From an uncultured Actinomycetes bacterium (GTDB lineage Bacteria > Actinomycetota > Thermoleophilia > RBG-16-64-13): a stretch of DNA of 64,000 nucleotides. The notes under the pieces were generated by a model, which searched no databases, was not told where the DNA came from, and saw only the letters and a list, made by a program, of their open reading frames with translations. Below, piece by piece: positions 1 to 9,316 of this stretch. How positions within the stretch are numbered: position 1 is the first letter of the stretch; each line of letters starts with the position of its first letter. Both the position numbers and the translations under genes were made by a program. Where the stretch lies: contig CAWFCN010000001.1 in the NCBI GenBank assembly GCA_963814415.1, positions 683,231 through 747,230 on the forward strand. The letters are read 5' to 3'.

Positions 1-513
1 AAGTACAAACTCTGGTGCCCGCCCGACCACGTCACTCACGCCTTCAACAACGGTAGGGACATGTCAGACGGCATGTGGGCGATCGAATCCATCGATCTGG
101 GCGAAGGCGACGAAAAGGTCTTGTATCGCCGTGATCACTTGGACGCCAAGGACTACGGCCTCAGCGCAAAGCGCGAGGAGGAGCTACACGACGCCGGTTG
201 CTGGGTGGACTTCTCCAACGTGACCTTCCACTCGCCGGACGACCCGGGCCGACGGCTCCCGGGGCACTGGCTCTGGCTGACCCTCTCGCGCCCCTGCGCG
301 CAGGGCGGCCTGGAGTTGCGCACCCGGTTGTGGATAGGTTGGGGCGCGCAGGCCGGCAAGCTCCATTTCGACGACAACACCCCGCCCGCCGTGCTCAGCG
401 AGCAGACCATGCGGAAGTTCCTTGTCCACACTACGGTGGAGCACCAGCACCTGGCCAAGCTGCTGCCCAAGCTGTACGAGGAGTACAGCGGCAGGCCCGA
501 CGACGAGGTCTAG
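1..513 (+). CDS. hypothetical protein, 5' end outside window
   Basis: Frame stays open to position 1 with no upstream stop. Protein-like composition with an acidic C-terminus. No recognisable domain. Confidence 0.35.
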   Translation, partial: KYKLWCPPDHVTHAFNNGRDMSDGMWAIESIDLGEGDEKVLYRRDHLDAKDYGLSAKREEELHDAGCWVDFSNVTFHSPDDPGRRLPGHWLWLTLSRPCAQGGLELRTRLWIGWGAQAGKLHFDDNTPPAVLSEQTMRKFLVHTTVEHQHLAKLLPKLYEEYSGRPDDEV

Positions 514-539
514 GCCGTCACTTCGGGGTCACACCGCTC

Positions 540-1001
540 TTACTTGTAGGTCGACTCCCCCTGGTACAACGGGTTCATAACCACGGAGAAGTGGAATATC
601 GGCTTGCGGACCTCGAGTATGCGCATCGGGTTGTGAGCCGCGTCCGCGGGTACCCAGATCATGGTGGTGCGGGTCATGCGGTGCGCCTCACCATTGAAGG
701 AGAACTCGATGACGCCGCCCAGTTCGTTCGGATCTTCCGGGTCGCTGCCGTAGAAGCCGATGAGCTCGTCATGGTCGTGAACGTGCTCGGTGAAGATGGG
801 GTCTCTCGGCGGCACGGCGAAGTACCAGGCGGTGTTCATCTGGAAGGCGCCCTCGCACACGTTGCTATCTATCCAGAGGATGCGCTTGGCGAACTTCTGG
901 TACATCTCCTTGAACCCAGGAGTCCCTAGAGCCGCGGGCTCCTGGAGCTCCTGGACGAAGTACTTGCCGTACTCTCCGCCTACATTGTTGTCGTAGACCA
1001 T
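540..1001 (-). CDS. cupin domain protein
   Basis: 153 aa ORF with cupin motif HVHDHDELIGFYG, matching G-x5-HxH-x3-E-x6-G. Overlaps the upstream gene by 22 nt, suggesting an operon. Confidence 0.6.
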   Translation of the reverse strand: MVYDNNVGGEYGKYFVQELQEPAALGTPGFKEMYQKFAKRILWIDSNVCEGAFQMNTAWYFAVPPRDPIFTEHVHDHDELIGFYGSDPEDPNELGGVIEFSFNGEAHRMTRTTMIWVPADAAHNPMRILEVRKPIFHFSVVMNPLYQGESTYK

Positions 1002-1531
1002 GGCTCGTTACTCCTTGGCATGTCCCAGTTGATGAAATGCCAGTATGGCGCGCTCACGCGTTTGCGGTAGGCCTCCATGCCGACGTCACGCCAGTCGTAG
1101 AACCCCACGCCGGTCTTTGCCCCCAGGTCTCCCCTGGCCATCCGATCGGTCACCGCGGGCGGGGCCTCCGTGACGCTACTCAGCGTGGGGAAGTTCGCGT
1201 TGCAGGTCTGCATGTTGAGTGTAAGGTCGCCGTTGTCGAAGTGCTCGAAGATGCCTATCGAGGTATAGCGCGGGCAGAAGCTGTACTTGAGGCAGGTGTC
1301 CACATCGCGCGGGTCGGCGATGCCACTCTCCACCAGGTTGAGCGCCTCCCGCCACAACGCGAACTGCAGGCGGTTTCCGATGAACCCCGGGGCGTCCTTC
1401 TTAAGTTGGTGGGCACCTATAGCCATGGTCGACCAGTTGACGAAGCGGTCCTTGGGCAGCAGGCGGATCATGAAGTCCAGGTTGTGCTGGCTGAAGGAGA
1501 TGGCTCCCTGGCTTACCTTGTTCATGCCCAT
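980..1531 (-). CDS. 3-hydroxyacyl-CoA dehydrogenase C-terminal domain protein, no NAD-binding N-domain
   Basis: PGFIGNRLQFALWREALNLVESGIADPRDVD matches the 3HCDH C-terminal dimerisation domain. The upstream space is occupied by plsC, so the Rossmann domain is absent. Confidence 0.55.
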   Translation of the reverse strand: MGMNKVSQGAISFSQHNLDFMIRLLPKDRFVNWSTMAIGAHQLKKDAPGFIGNRLQFALWREALNLVESGIADPRDVDTCLKYSFCPRYTSIGIFEHFDNGDLTLNMQTCNANFPTLSSVTEAPPAVTDRMARGDLGAKTGVGFYDWRDVGMEAYRKRVSAPYWHFINWDMPRSNEPWSTTTM

Positions 1532-1539
1532 GACGAGGG

Positions 1540-2175
1540 TCAGAGACGGCGGGCCGCCACGTCGCTGCAGGTGAGCGATAGCCCCAGCTCTCGAGCGAGC
1601 AACTCCACTCCCCTGTCCACCGCCTCGCTGGTGGACACCCCTTTGGGATGAAGGTCGGCCGGAGAGATGAGGGGTTGAACGGAGACTTCAATGCGGGTGA
1701 ACAGCGAGGGCCACCAGCGGTTGAGCGGCAGGGCTTCGACTGCTCCCGTGACCCGCATGGGCAGAAGAGGCGCCTGCCCTTTGAGGGCCATGAACAGAGC
1801 CCCTCCCGAGACGCCGTCCCTGGCTATGCCCCCTTGGGGGAACAGGGCCACGGTGCCGCCCCGCTGGAGCACTCGGATGGACTCGCGCAGTGCCGTGACC
1901 TCCTTGCCCTCGCCGTACGCAGGGAGAGTGCCCACCCGGCGCGCGAAACCGCCGGCGATACGCTTCTCATAGATCCACGGAGCAGCCAGGAAGGTGGCCG
2001 GCGGTCGCTTGCGCAGAGCTACTCCCACCGCGAAGGGATCCAAGAAGCTCTCGTGGTTGGCCACCACCACCAGGGGCCCCTCGGTGGGTATGAGCTCGCT
2101 CCCGTTGACCCTGAAGCGGAAGAACACCTTGAGCAATATCAAAGTCAACCAACGCATAACCCTGTAGAAGAGCAT
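1540..2175 (-). CDS. 1-acyl-sn-glycerol-3-phosphate acyltransferase (PlsC family)
   Basis: HX4D acyltransferase motif VVANHESFLDP and FPQGG motif. Start trimmed to MLFYRV within the longer ORF. Confidence 0.8.
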   Translation of the reverse strand: MLFYRVMRWLTLILLKVFFRFRVNGSELIPTEGPLVVVANHESFLDPFAVGVALRKRPPATFLAAPWIYEKRIAGGFARRVGTLPAYGEGKEVTALRESIRVLQRGGTVALFPQGGIARDGVSGGALFMALKGQAPLLPMRVTGAVEALPLNRWWPSLFTRIEVSVQPLISPADLHPKGVSTSEAVDRGVELLARELGLSLTCSDVAARRL

Positions 2176-2399
2176 CAATACCTCGCAGACTCCGGACCGG
2201 TCGGTGCTGCAGCGATTGTCCTTCACACTTGGCCCCCGCGACAAGCTCCGCGCGCCGGCGGAATTGTCCGAGGGACCGGCGGCGCAAGCTCCTCCGCGTG
2301 GGGCTTCGGTCCCCATGCTGGTATGATTTGGAGTGCAGCTCGCTATTGCCGGCCACGACAGCACCCCGCGACTGGGGCCGATACCTTTAGGAGTCTTGA

Positions 2400-3170
2400 A
2401 TGTCCAGATCATCCTCGCTGAAGCTGGTGGCTTCTCTGGGACTGGGCGGTGCCTCGCTTCTCTTCGGACTACCCTCTCTGGCCCCCGTCTGGTCCCCCGG
2501 CCGCTGGATGCTCGGCATCGCCGACAGGCTTACCGATGAGGGTACCGTCGCGCTGACCTTCGACGACGGGCCGAGTCACGACGGCACGCCGCGCCTGCTT
2601 CGTCTTCTCGCTAGAGCGGAGGTCAAGGCGACGTTCTTCTTGATGGGCGAACAGGTGGCACGCATGCCCGAGTTGACCCAGGAGATAGTCCGCCAGGGGC
2701 ACGCGCTCGGCCTACACGGCTACGAGCACCATACTCTCGCCCGCATGAGCAACCGCGAGCTTCACGAAGACTTGGACCGCGCGAAGTACGCTATCTCCTT
2801 GGCCACTCAGAGCGAGCCGGTCCTCTACCGCCCTCCCCGAGGCGTGTTCACGTATCAAGGTCTGGCTGCCGTGCGCGACCGGGGCTGGGAGCCGGTGCTT
2901 TGGTCCACGAACAGCCGCGACTGGAGAAGGGTGGCTACGCCGGACTCCATCTCCCAGCGGGTCACCACCAGACTCAAGGGCGGGGACATCGTGCTTCTGC
3001 ACGACTCAGACTACTACTCGGCGAAGGGAACCTGGCTGCGCACTCTGGACGCCCTGCCCAGCATCCTGCACGAACTCGCAGAGCAGGGCTTGAAGCCAGT
3101 GCCCATCACTTCAGTCCAGATGCTGAGGCGCACGCCCCCCGTGATCGGGCACCGCGCCCCCGGCGTCTAG
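2400..3170 (+). CDS. polysaccharide deacetylase (NodB homology domain)
   Basis: TFDDGP motif, catalytic His motifs, N-terminal hydrophobic signal or anchor. Confidence 0.8.
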   Translation: MSRSSSLKLVASLGLGGASLLFGLPSLAPVWSPGRWMLGIADRLTDEGTVALTFDDGPSHDGTPRLLRLLARAEVKATFFLMGEQVARMPELTQEIVRQGHALGLHGYEHHTLARMSNRELHEDLDRAKYAISLATQSEPVLYRPPRGVFTYQGLAAVRDRGWEPVLWSTNSRDWRRVATPDSISQRVTTRLKGGDIVLLHDSDYYSAKGTWLRTLDALPSILHELAEQGLKPVPITSVQMLRRTPPVIGHRAPGV

Positions 3171-3229
3171 GCCGGGCGGTAGCGCCGCCTAGAGCCCTGG
3201 CGCCCCGCAGGCCCTAGTCCCGCGGCGCC

Positions 3230-3586
3230 CTAGCCCCGCGGCGCCCACAGCACCATGCGCGGCTTGGTCATCTGCTTGGCCAGGTCTTCGACACGCCCGT
3301 ACTTCATGCACGCCGACAGACAGTGCTGCACGCAGGCAGGCTGCTGTCCCTTGCGGGTGCGGGCCGCGCAAAGCACGCACAGCTCCGTGGGAAAGGGTAT
3401 GAAGCTCAGGTAGCTCTTGTCGTTGGGCAGCGCCTGTACGACCTCCTGCACCCGGATGCCACCCATGCCCGCCGGCCAGTGATGCTCTTGAGCGCACGCC
3501 ACCTGGCAGGCATAGCAGCCGGTGCAGAATTCGTAGTCAATGAGCAGGCCGTTCTCCGGCGCCTTGTCCTTACGCTTGGCCGCCAT
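3230..3586 (-). CDS. 4Fe-4S dicluster iron-sulfur subunit of molybdopterin oxidoreductase
   Basis: CTGCYACQVAC and CVLCAARTRKGQQPACVQHCLSAC cluster motifs. Start MAAKRKDK lies 1 nt after the stop of the large subunit. Confidence 0.75.
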   Translation of the reverse strand: MAAKRKDKAPENGLLIDYEFCTGCYACQVACAQEHHWPAGMGGIRVQEVVQALPNDKSYLSFIPFPTELCVLCAARTRKGQQPACVQHCLSACMKYGRVEDLAKQMTKPRMVLWAPRG

Positions 3587-3587
3587 G

Positions 3588-6218
3588 TCAGGTCCCCTCT
3601 CTCTTGGTCGCGCCGGAGCCCCCGCGCGCGCCGCCTGCCGGGGCGCGGCCCGGAACGGCGCCGCGCGTCGGGGCCGGCCCATGTCCCGGGGCCGGCCCGT
3701 GCTCGGTGGCCGCAGCGTGTGTGGTCCCACCGATCACGCCGCCGCCGGACAGAGCGTAAGCCCCGGCCGGCGCGGTATTGGCACGGTAGACCTTGCAGAG
3801 GGTGCACTTAGCGTGGGTGCCCAAGCCGTCCTTGCCTTGATAGCCCATGGGCAAGAGCTGGTTGGTGCTCGACTCCCAGACGCCCCGCAATGAGGGCTCG
3901 GCCCCCTCGTGCTCCGGATACCACCAGCCGTGCGTAGCCGAAGCCATCCACCGAGGCACTATGCGGGTCAACTTGGCCTTGAGCCGGCACTTGCCGAACA
4001 TGTTCTCTATCCACACCCACTCGCCGTCGCCGACGCCCAGAGCCGCGCCGGTCTCGGGGTGAAGCTCCACCACCGGGTCAGGGTCGGCTTCCCTCAGCCA
4101 GGGGATGTTACGGTGCTCGGAGTTGAAGAACACCGGCGAGCGGCGCCCGGTGCTCAAGATCAGCGGGTACTGCTCGAACAGTTCCGGGCTGGACACCGGC
4201 GAGAAGGGCGGCTCTTCGTGGTGCGGCAGAGGCTCGAAGCCCCAGTCTTCGCGCAGCACCGAGTACAGCTCCACCTTGCCCGAGGCGGTCTTGAAGCCGG
4301 GCTTGCCATCGGGGCGTAACAGACCTCGCTCGTGCCGGTGGTACGGCGCCGTGGGATGGCCGTCGGGCGGCAGCACCCAGCCCTTCTCTTTGAGTTCGTC
4401 AAAGGTGATGCCCGCGGGCTTGAGGATGTCGTCCAACAGTTCGTGGTAGCTGCCCCACTCGATATCCGGATTGAAGCGCTTGGCAAGTTCGAAGTTGATC
4501 TCGTTGTCGGACTTGCAGCCCTCCACCTCGACGGCCTTGACGATGGACTGCAGCGGCGTCCACCAACTGCGGACGCTGTCTCTCTCCAAGAAGGTGGCCG
4601 CCGGCAGCACCACGTCGGCCAACTCGGCCGTGGGGGTCATGAAGGTGTCGACCACACAGACGAACTCCAGCTTCTTGAGGGCCTTTACCCAGCGCTGCGG
4701 GTCGTACCCTATGCCGCCTATGGGGTTGCAGGCCTGTATCCACATCCCCTTGACGGGGTAGGGCTTGCCGGTGAAGATCTGCTCCAGGGTCACGTCGGTC
4801 TGCGCCCGCCAGATGAACTCGCTCAGCACCCCGTAGCGGTCCCTGCCGATGCGCTTCTTGTCTATCTCGGGGCTGGGCAGCTTGATGGCGCCCCTCTGCC
4901 CCGGCAGCGCGTAGGCTACGGCGCCGAAGGCCGACCGGGCGATGGCCTGGCCGCCCGGCACGTCCAGGTTGCCGGTGAGGCACCACAGGGCGGCGATGGC
5001 CGTAGCGGTGGGCGTGATAGCCGGGGTCATGTCGATAGCCACGCCCCACTGGATGGTGGCCGGCTTGCTCTGGGCGTACAGACGAGCCGCCTCCACTATG
5101 TCTTCTTCCTTGAGCCAGGTGATCTCGGCCACCTTGTCGGCGGGATACTTGGCAGCCTCGGCGCAGAAGGCCGACCACACTGTCTTCACAGGCACGTACG
5201 ACTCATCGGCCAAGTGAACGGCGCACTGGTCGGCCGGGACCTCCAGGGCCGGCACCACGCCCTTGGTGCGGAACTCCTGGTTGGTGGAGTCCCAGACGAC
5301 CGGCCCGCCGCTCTTCGTGTCCCAGACGACGAAGTCGTCGGCCGAACCGTCGCTCGAGAGGTCAGAGGCCCGCAAGAGCTTGCCCGTGTCGCTCCGCAGC
5401 AGGTGCGGCGCATTGGTCCACTTCTCCACAAAGGCCTTGTCGTAGAGCCCTTCGCTGATGATGACGTTCAAGAAGCCCATGGCCAGGGCCCCGTCGGTGC
5501 CGGGCCGTAGCTGCAGCCACTTGTCGGCGCGCGAGGCGAAGAACGACAGGCGCGGGTCGATGCAGATGACCTTGCTGCCCTTCTTCATGAGGTCGGTGAC
5601 CCAGTGGCCGAAGATGTTGTCCGGGCAGGAGGCGTTGATGTTGTAGCCCCAGATGACTATGGTCTCGGGCACTTCGTAGCGAGGGTCGTCGTGGCCCTGG
5701 GGCAGCCACTGGCCCCCATCGAACACGCAGTAGTCGCCCAGCACGGTCTCGGAGGCGGCGATGCGTGGCGAATAGCAGCCGATGCCGGAGAGCGCGAACA
5801 TGACGTTAGGGCTGCCGTAGTTGTAAGCCAGCAGGCAGATCCAGGCACCCACGTCGCGGCCGGTGCCCATGGAGAAGACCACACTCTCCGCACCGTGCTC
5901 GTCGCGGATCTTGCCCATCTTCTCCTCGATGAGGTCATACGCCTCTTCCCAGGAGATGTCCTGCCACTTGTTCTCGCCCCGCTCGCCTACGCGCTTGCGC
6001 GGACTCCGTAGCCTCTCGGGATGATCTATGTACTGGGTCATCGCCAGGCAGCGGGAACACAGGCGGCCCCGGTTGAAGGGATGATCCGGGTCGCCCTCGA
6101 TCTTGACCAGCTTGCCGTCTTCTATGTGGGCCAGGACCCCGCAAGAGCCATGGCAGCCTGGGCCAGCCGACCACGTGGTCGTACGAACTATCACTTGTAT
6201 CCAACCCCCGTTCGGCAA
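3588..6218 (-). CDS. molybdopterin-dependent oxidoreductase catalytic subunit (DMSO reductase superfamily, cytoplasmic)
   Basis: N-terminal 4Fe-4S motif CHGSCGVL...CSRC and long Mo-bisPGD domain homology. No twin-arginine signal. Low-complexity G/A/P-rich C-terminal tail. Confidence 0.85.
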   Translation of the reverse strand: MPNGGWIQVIVRTTTWSAGPGCHGSCGVLAHIEDGKLVKIEGDPDHPFNRGRLCSRCLAMTQYIDHPERLRSPRKRVGERGENKWQDISWEEAYDLIEEKMGKIRDEHGAESVVFSMGTGRDVGAWICLLAYNYGSPNVMFALSGIGCYSPRIAASETVLGDYCVFDGGQWLPQGHDDPRYEVPETIVIWGYNINASCPDNIFGHWVTDLMKKGSKVICIDPRLSFFASRADKWLQLRPGTDGALAMGFLNVIISEGLYDKAFVEKWTNAPHLLRSDTGKLLRASDLSSDGSADDFVVWDTKSGGPVVWDSTNQEFRTKGVVPALEVPADQCAVHLADESYVPVKTVWSAFCAEAAKYPADKVAEITWLKEEDIVEAARLYAQSKPATIQWGVAIDMTPAITPTATAIAALWCLTGNLDVPGGQAIARSAFGAVAYALPGQRGAIKLPSPEIDKKRIGRDRYGVLSEFIWRAQTDVTLEQIFTGKPYPVKGMWIQACNPIGGIGYDPQRWVKALKKLEFVCVVDTFMTPTAELADVVLPAATFLERDSVRSWWTPLQSIVKAVEVEGCKSDNEINFELAKRFNPDIEWGSYHELLDDILKPAGITFDELKEKGWVLPPDGHPTAPYHRHERGLLRPDGKPGFKTASGKVELYSVLREDWGFEPLPHHEEPPFSPVSSPELFEQYPLILSTGRRSPVFFNSEHRNIPWLREADPDPVVELHPETGAALGVGDGEWVWIENMFGKCRLKAKLTRIVPRWMASATHGWWYPEHEGAEPSLRGVWESSTNQLLPMGYQGKDGLGTHAKCTLCKVYRANTAPAGAYALSGGGVIGGTTHAAATEHGPAPGHGPAPTRGAVPGRAPAGGARGGSGATKREGT

Positions 6219-6272
6219 GCGCCGGGCATCGATGCTGAGCAGACCTCAGGATACCGTCTTTTTGTTGGAAGC

Positions 6273-7301
6273 CTACTCGACCCGTTCTTCGACCGCGGAA
6301 GGCGATAGCTCAGGAGGCGGAGCTAAGCCCAATGCCGCTTGGGCTTCGTCGATGATCTTGCACGCAAGTGCGGCCTCCTGCACCGTCGTGCCCGGTGAGT
6401 CGAAGTCAGGATCCAGGGCCGCGGCGGCAAAGTCCTCCACGACCTTGCGGTACGGGTTGCCCGCCGTCCGCTTCACCACTCTCTCCTCGCCGGCGACAGC
6501 GACTCTCAACCACGGTGCCGATTGCTCGGTGAAGAAGTGGGGCGCGACTATCTCCCCTTTGTCGCCGCTGATGACTAGGTGGTTGGACACGGGCGACTGC
6601 TCCCGCGAGACCTCGTACCTCACACGCACGCCCGAATGCACCGCCAAGACGTCGCACGTCTCGATGACGCCCGCACTCACGCGCCGCCTGGCGTTCGCCC
6701 CCCAGACCTTGCCTGGGCCGAACAGCCCGACGGCCATGTCGATGCAGTGGACGCCTGCGTCGCCCAGACAGGTGGGCCCGTTCAGCGCAGGGTCCAGCTT
6801 CCAGGCGGCGTTGGGGCTCTCGGGGTCGAGTTGGTAGTTCCACACGAAGGTGGCACTGACCACCTCACCTATCTCCCCCGAGGCGATGATGCGCCTGATC
6901 TCGTCGTAGGTACTCTGATGCCGCAACTGGTGACCCACCATGACCAGCGTGGAGGTCTGTTCCGCCATATCCAGCACGGCCAAGGCGCCCTGTTCGCTGA
7001 GGGCCAGCGGTTTCTCACACAGGGTGGGTATGCCGGCCCGCAGCAGCATCTCGAGCTGCTCCAGATGCAGGAACGGCGGCGAGCACACCACGGCGATGTC
7101 GAACTCGGCGTCGGCGATCATCTGGCCCAGATCGGTGTAGGTGTGCTTGAGGCCGAAATCTTTGCCCAGTTGGCGCACTTTGGCTTCGTCGTGGGCATGG
7201 ACTGCCGTCACCTTGCAGGTGTCGGAGGCAAGCATGGCCGGAAGCGTGCGCTTCTTACCCGTTCCGCTTGCGGAGACTATACCGACGCGCACTTTGGTCA
7301 C
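6273..7301 (-). CDS. Gfo/Idh/MocA family oxidoreductase
   Basis: N-terminal Rossmann VRVGIVSASGTG and EKPLA motif typical of the family. Confidence 0.85.
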   Translation of the reverse strand: MTKVRVGIVSASGTGKKRTLPAMLASDTCKVTAVHAHDEAKVRQLGKDFGLKHTYTDLGQMIADAEFDIAVVCSPPFLHLEQLEMLLRAGIPTLCEKPLALSEQGALAVLDMAEQTSTLVMVGHQLRHQSTYDEIRRIIASGEIGEVVSATFVWNYQLDPESPNAAWKLDPALNGPTCLGDAGVHCIDMAVGLFGPGKVWGANARRRVSAGVIETCDVLAVHSGVRVRYEVSREQSPVSNHLVISGDKGEIVAPHFFTEQSAPWLRVAVAGEERVVKRTAGNPYRKVVEDFAAAALDPDFDSPGTTVQEAALACKIIDEAQAALGLAPPPELSPSAVEERVE

Positions 7302-7359
7302 CGTGCCCCCCCTTTCTGCAGACTGGAGTGCCCACGCTTAGCCGTTCGCAAACCCGTAG

Positions 7360-8517
7360 CTAGGACTGCTTCACCTGAGCGTACGCCCAGTCCAGCCAGG
7401 GGAAGAGGGCCTCTAGGTCTGACTCGCTCACCGTCGCGCCGCCCCACAGCCGCAGGCCGGCGGGCGCGTCGCGATAAGAGCCGGTGTCGTAGCCTGCTCC
7501 CTCGGCATCCAGCAGCGAGACGATCTTCTTGGGTACCTTGGCCTGCTCTTCCGGAGTCAGACCGGTGAACCACTGGTCCACCAGCTTGAGGCATATAGAA
7601 GTGCTGGAGCGTATCGCCGGGTCGGCCGCCAGGAACTCCACCCACGGGGTCTTCTCGACCCAGCGGGAGACCGCGGCCAGATTGGCCTGGCTGCGGCGCA
7701 TCAGTTCGGGCAAGCCGCCTATCTGCTCGGCCCACCGCAGTCCGTCCAGAGCGTCCTCGACGCATAGCATCGAGGGAGTGTTGATGGTGTCGGCCTCGAA
7801 GATGGCCTCGGCCAGCTTGCCGCCCTTGGTCAGCCGGAAGATCTTGGGCATCGGCCAAGACGGCGTGTAAGTCTCCAAGCGTTCGACTGCGCGAGGGCTC
7901 AGGATGAGCATGCCGTGTTGGGCCTCACCGCCGAGCACCTTCTGCCAGGAGTAGGTGACCACGTCCAACCTGCCGATGGGCACGTCCATGGCGAAGACGG
8001 CGGAGGTGGCGTCGCAGATGACCAGCCCCTCCCGCTTCTCGGGGATCCACGAGGCGTCGGGCACCCTGACCCCGGAGGTGGTGCCGTTCCAGGTGAAGAT
8101 GACGTCGTGAGCGAAGTCCACCTGGCTGAGGTCTGGCAACTGCCCGTAGTCGGCGGAGAGTATGCGGGAATCCTTGAGCTTGAGCTGCTTGGTGACATCC
8201 GCGGCCCAAGTCTCGCCGAAGCTCTCCCAGGCGAGTACGTCCACGGGGCGGGGGCCCAGCAGCGACCACATGGCCATCTCCATGGCTCCGGTGTCCGAAG
8301 CCGGCACCAGCGCGATGCGGTAGTCGTCCGGCACTCCCAGCAGCCTGCAGGAGCGGTCTGATACCTCTTGGATGCGGGCCTTGCCGTCCTTGGCTCGGTG
8401 CGACCGGCCGACCAGAGCGCCCTCCAACGCCGCGGGCCCCCAACCGGGCCGCTTGGAGCAAGGGCCGGAACCGAAACAAGGGTTCTGCGGACGGACGGTG
8501 GGCTTGGTGACTGTCAT
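7360..8517 (-). CDS. serC: phosphoserine aminotransferase (long actinobacterial/archaeal type)
   Basis: [16 protein letters not shown]-terminal motif and overall 385 aa class-V aminotransferase layout as in mycobacterial SerC. Confidence 0.8.
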   Translation of the reverse strand: MTVTKPTVRPQNPCFGSGPCSKRPGWGPAALEGALVGRSHRAKDGKARIQEVSDRSCRLLGVPDDYRIALVPASDTGAMEMAMWSLLGPRPVDVLAWESFGETWAADVTKQLKLKDSRILSADYGQLPDLSQVDFAHDVIFTWNGTTSGVRVPDASWIPEKREGLVICDATSAVFAMDVPIGRLDVVTYSWQKVLGGEAQHGMLILSPRAVERLETYTPSWPMPKIFRLTKGGKLAEAIFEADTINTPSMLCVEDALDGLRWAEQIGGLPELMRRSQANLAAVSRWVEKTPWVEFLAADPAIRSSTSICLKLVDQWFTGLTPEEQAKVPKKIVSLLDAEGAGYDTGSYRDAPAGLRLWGGATVSESDLEALFPWLDWAYAQVKQS

Positions 8518-8597
8518 GGACGGGTCTCTCCTCGGACTGGCTGCAACGATCTCATTGTTCAGTAGCCAATGATACCAACCGTTACCGAACGGGAGAG

Positions 8598-8626
8598 GTG
8601 GCGCCGGGCGGTACGCCCGGCGCGCA
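8598..8626 (-). terminator. GC-rich hairpin downstream of the membrane protein gene
   Basis: Inverted repeat gcgccgggcg-gtac-gcccggcgc between the 8650 gene end and the serC start. Confidence 0.4.
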
Positions 8627-8649
8627 CGAAGTCCCAGTATCAGGCGTGC

Positions 8650-9156
8650 CTACCTGGACATCTGCACGATATCCAGGTACCACGTCCCGTCTCTGAGTAT
8701 CACCGAGTACTCCTGGGGCTCGGCCGTGGTCTTGAGGTCCTCCACGGTGGACTCTCCGGCTTTCACAGTGGTCATCTGGCCCTCTGTCAGCGTCACCGTC
8801 GCCCTCTGACCGTCCGAAGACAGCTCAGTCTTCATCTTGACACCCGTGTAGTCGATCGAGTCGAAGGCCAGGAGCTCCTGGCCGAGAGCAGTCTTGAGTT
8901 GGTCCGGATCTACCTGTGCGGTATTTTCCAGGTATACGATCCCTTGGGGGTCGATCAGGGCAAAGAGCGCATCCAGGTCCCTATCCTCCATCGCGGTGAT
9001 CACTTCCTGCACCTTCTGCTCGGGGCCTGAGGCTCCTCCGAAGACCTGGTCGTGAAAGACCACGAAGACGAGGACGCAGACCAATGCCACGACGACCACC
9101 AAGGCCGCCAGGCTTATCCAAAGCACCTTCTTGTTCTTGAGCCCTTCCATGGACAT
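8650..9156 (-). CDS. membrane-anchored hypothetical protein (paralog of 11253..11813)
   Basis: N-terminal TM helix, then conserved block VFVVFHDxxFGGxSGPEQ...ATVTxxEGQMxTV...EDxK...EYxxxLRDGxWYLDI shared with the second copy. Confidence 0.7.
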   Translation of the reverse strand: MSMEGLKNKKVLWISLAALVVVVALVCVLVFVVFHDQVFGGASGPEQKVQEVITAMEDRDLDALFALIDPQGIVYLENTAQVDPDQLKTALGQELLAFDSIDYTGVKMKTELSSDGQRATVTLTEGQMTTVKAGESTVEDLKTTAEPQEYSVILRDGTWYLDIVQMSR

Positions 9157-9316
9157 CTCCTTCCGCCATCATCGAGCTGACTCATAGTGAGTGGGGAATC
9201 GTCGGGGGGTATCGCCTCACGTATACCCCAAGCAGGATTAAGCCAACCCGTCCCTTGTTCCGATAGAATACCGGCAGCCTATGCCAGATCTTGGGGGACT
9301 AAACGGGAGCTGAAGC

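Noticed and set aside
198-929. 243-aa plus-strand ORF spanning two real genes
   Set aside because: Arg/Ala/Gly/Pro-rich composition typical of wrong-frame ORFs in high-GC DNA. It overlaps the credible cupin gene on the opposite strand.
4332-5510. 392-aa ORF antisense to the molybdopterin oxidoreductase gene, plus other long antisense ORFs (for example 4399..5178, 9326..10432, 12125..13048, 57508..59157)
   Set aside because: Low-complexity R/G/A/P-rich translations with no motifs. The opposite strands carry strongly recognisable proteins.
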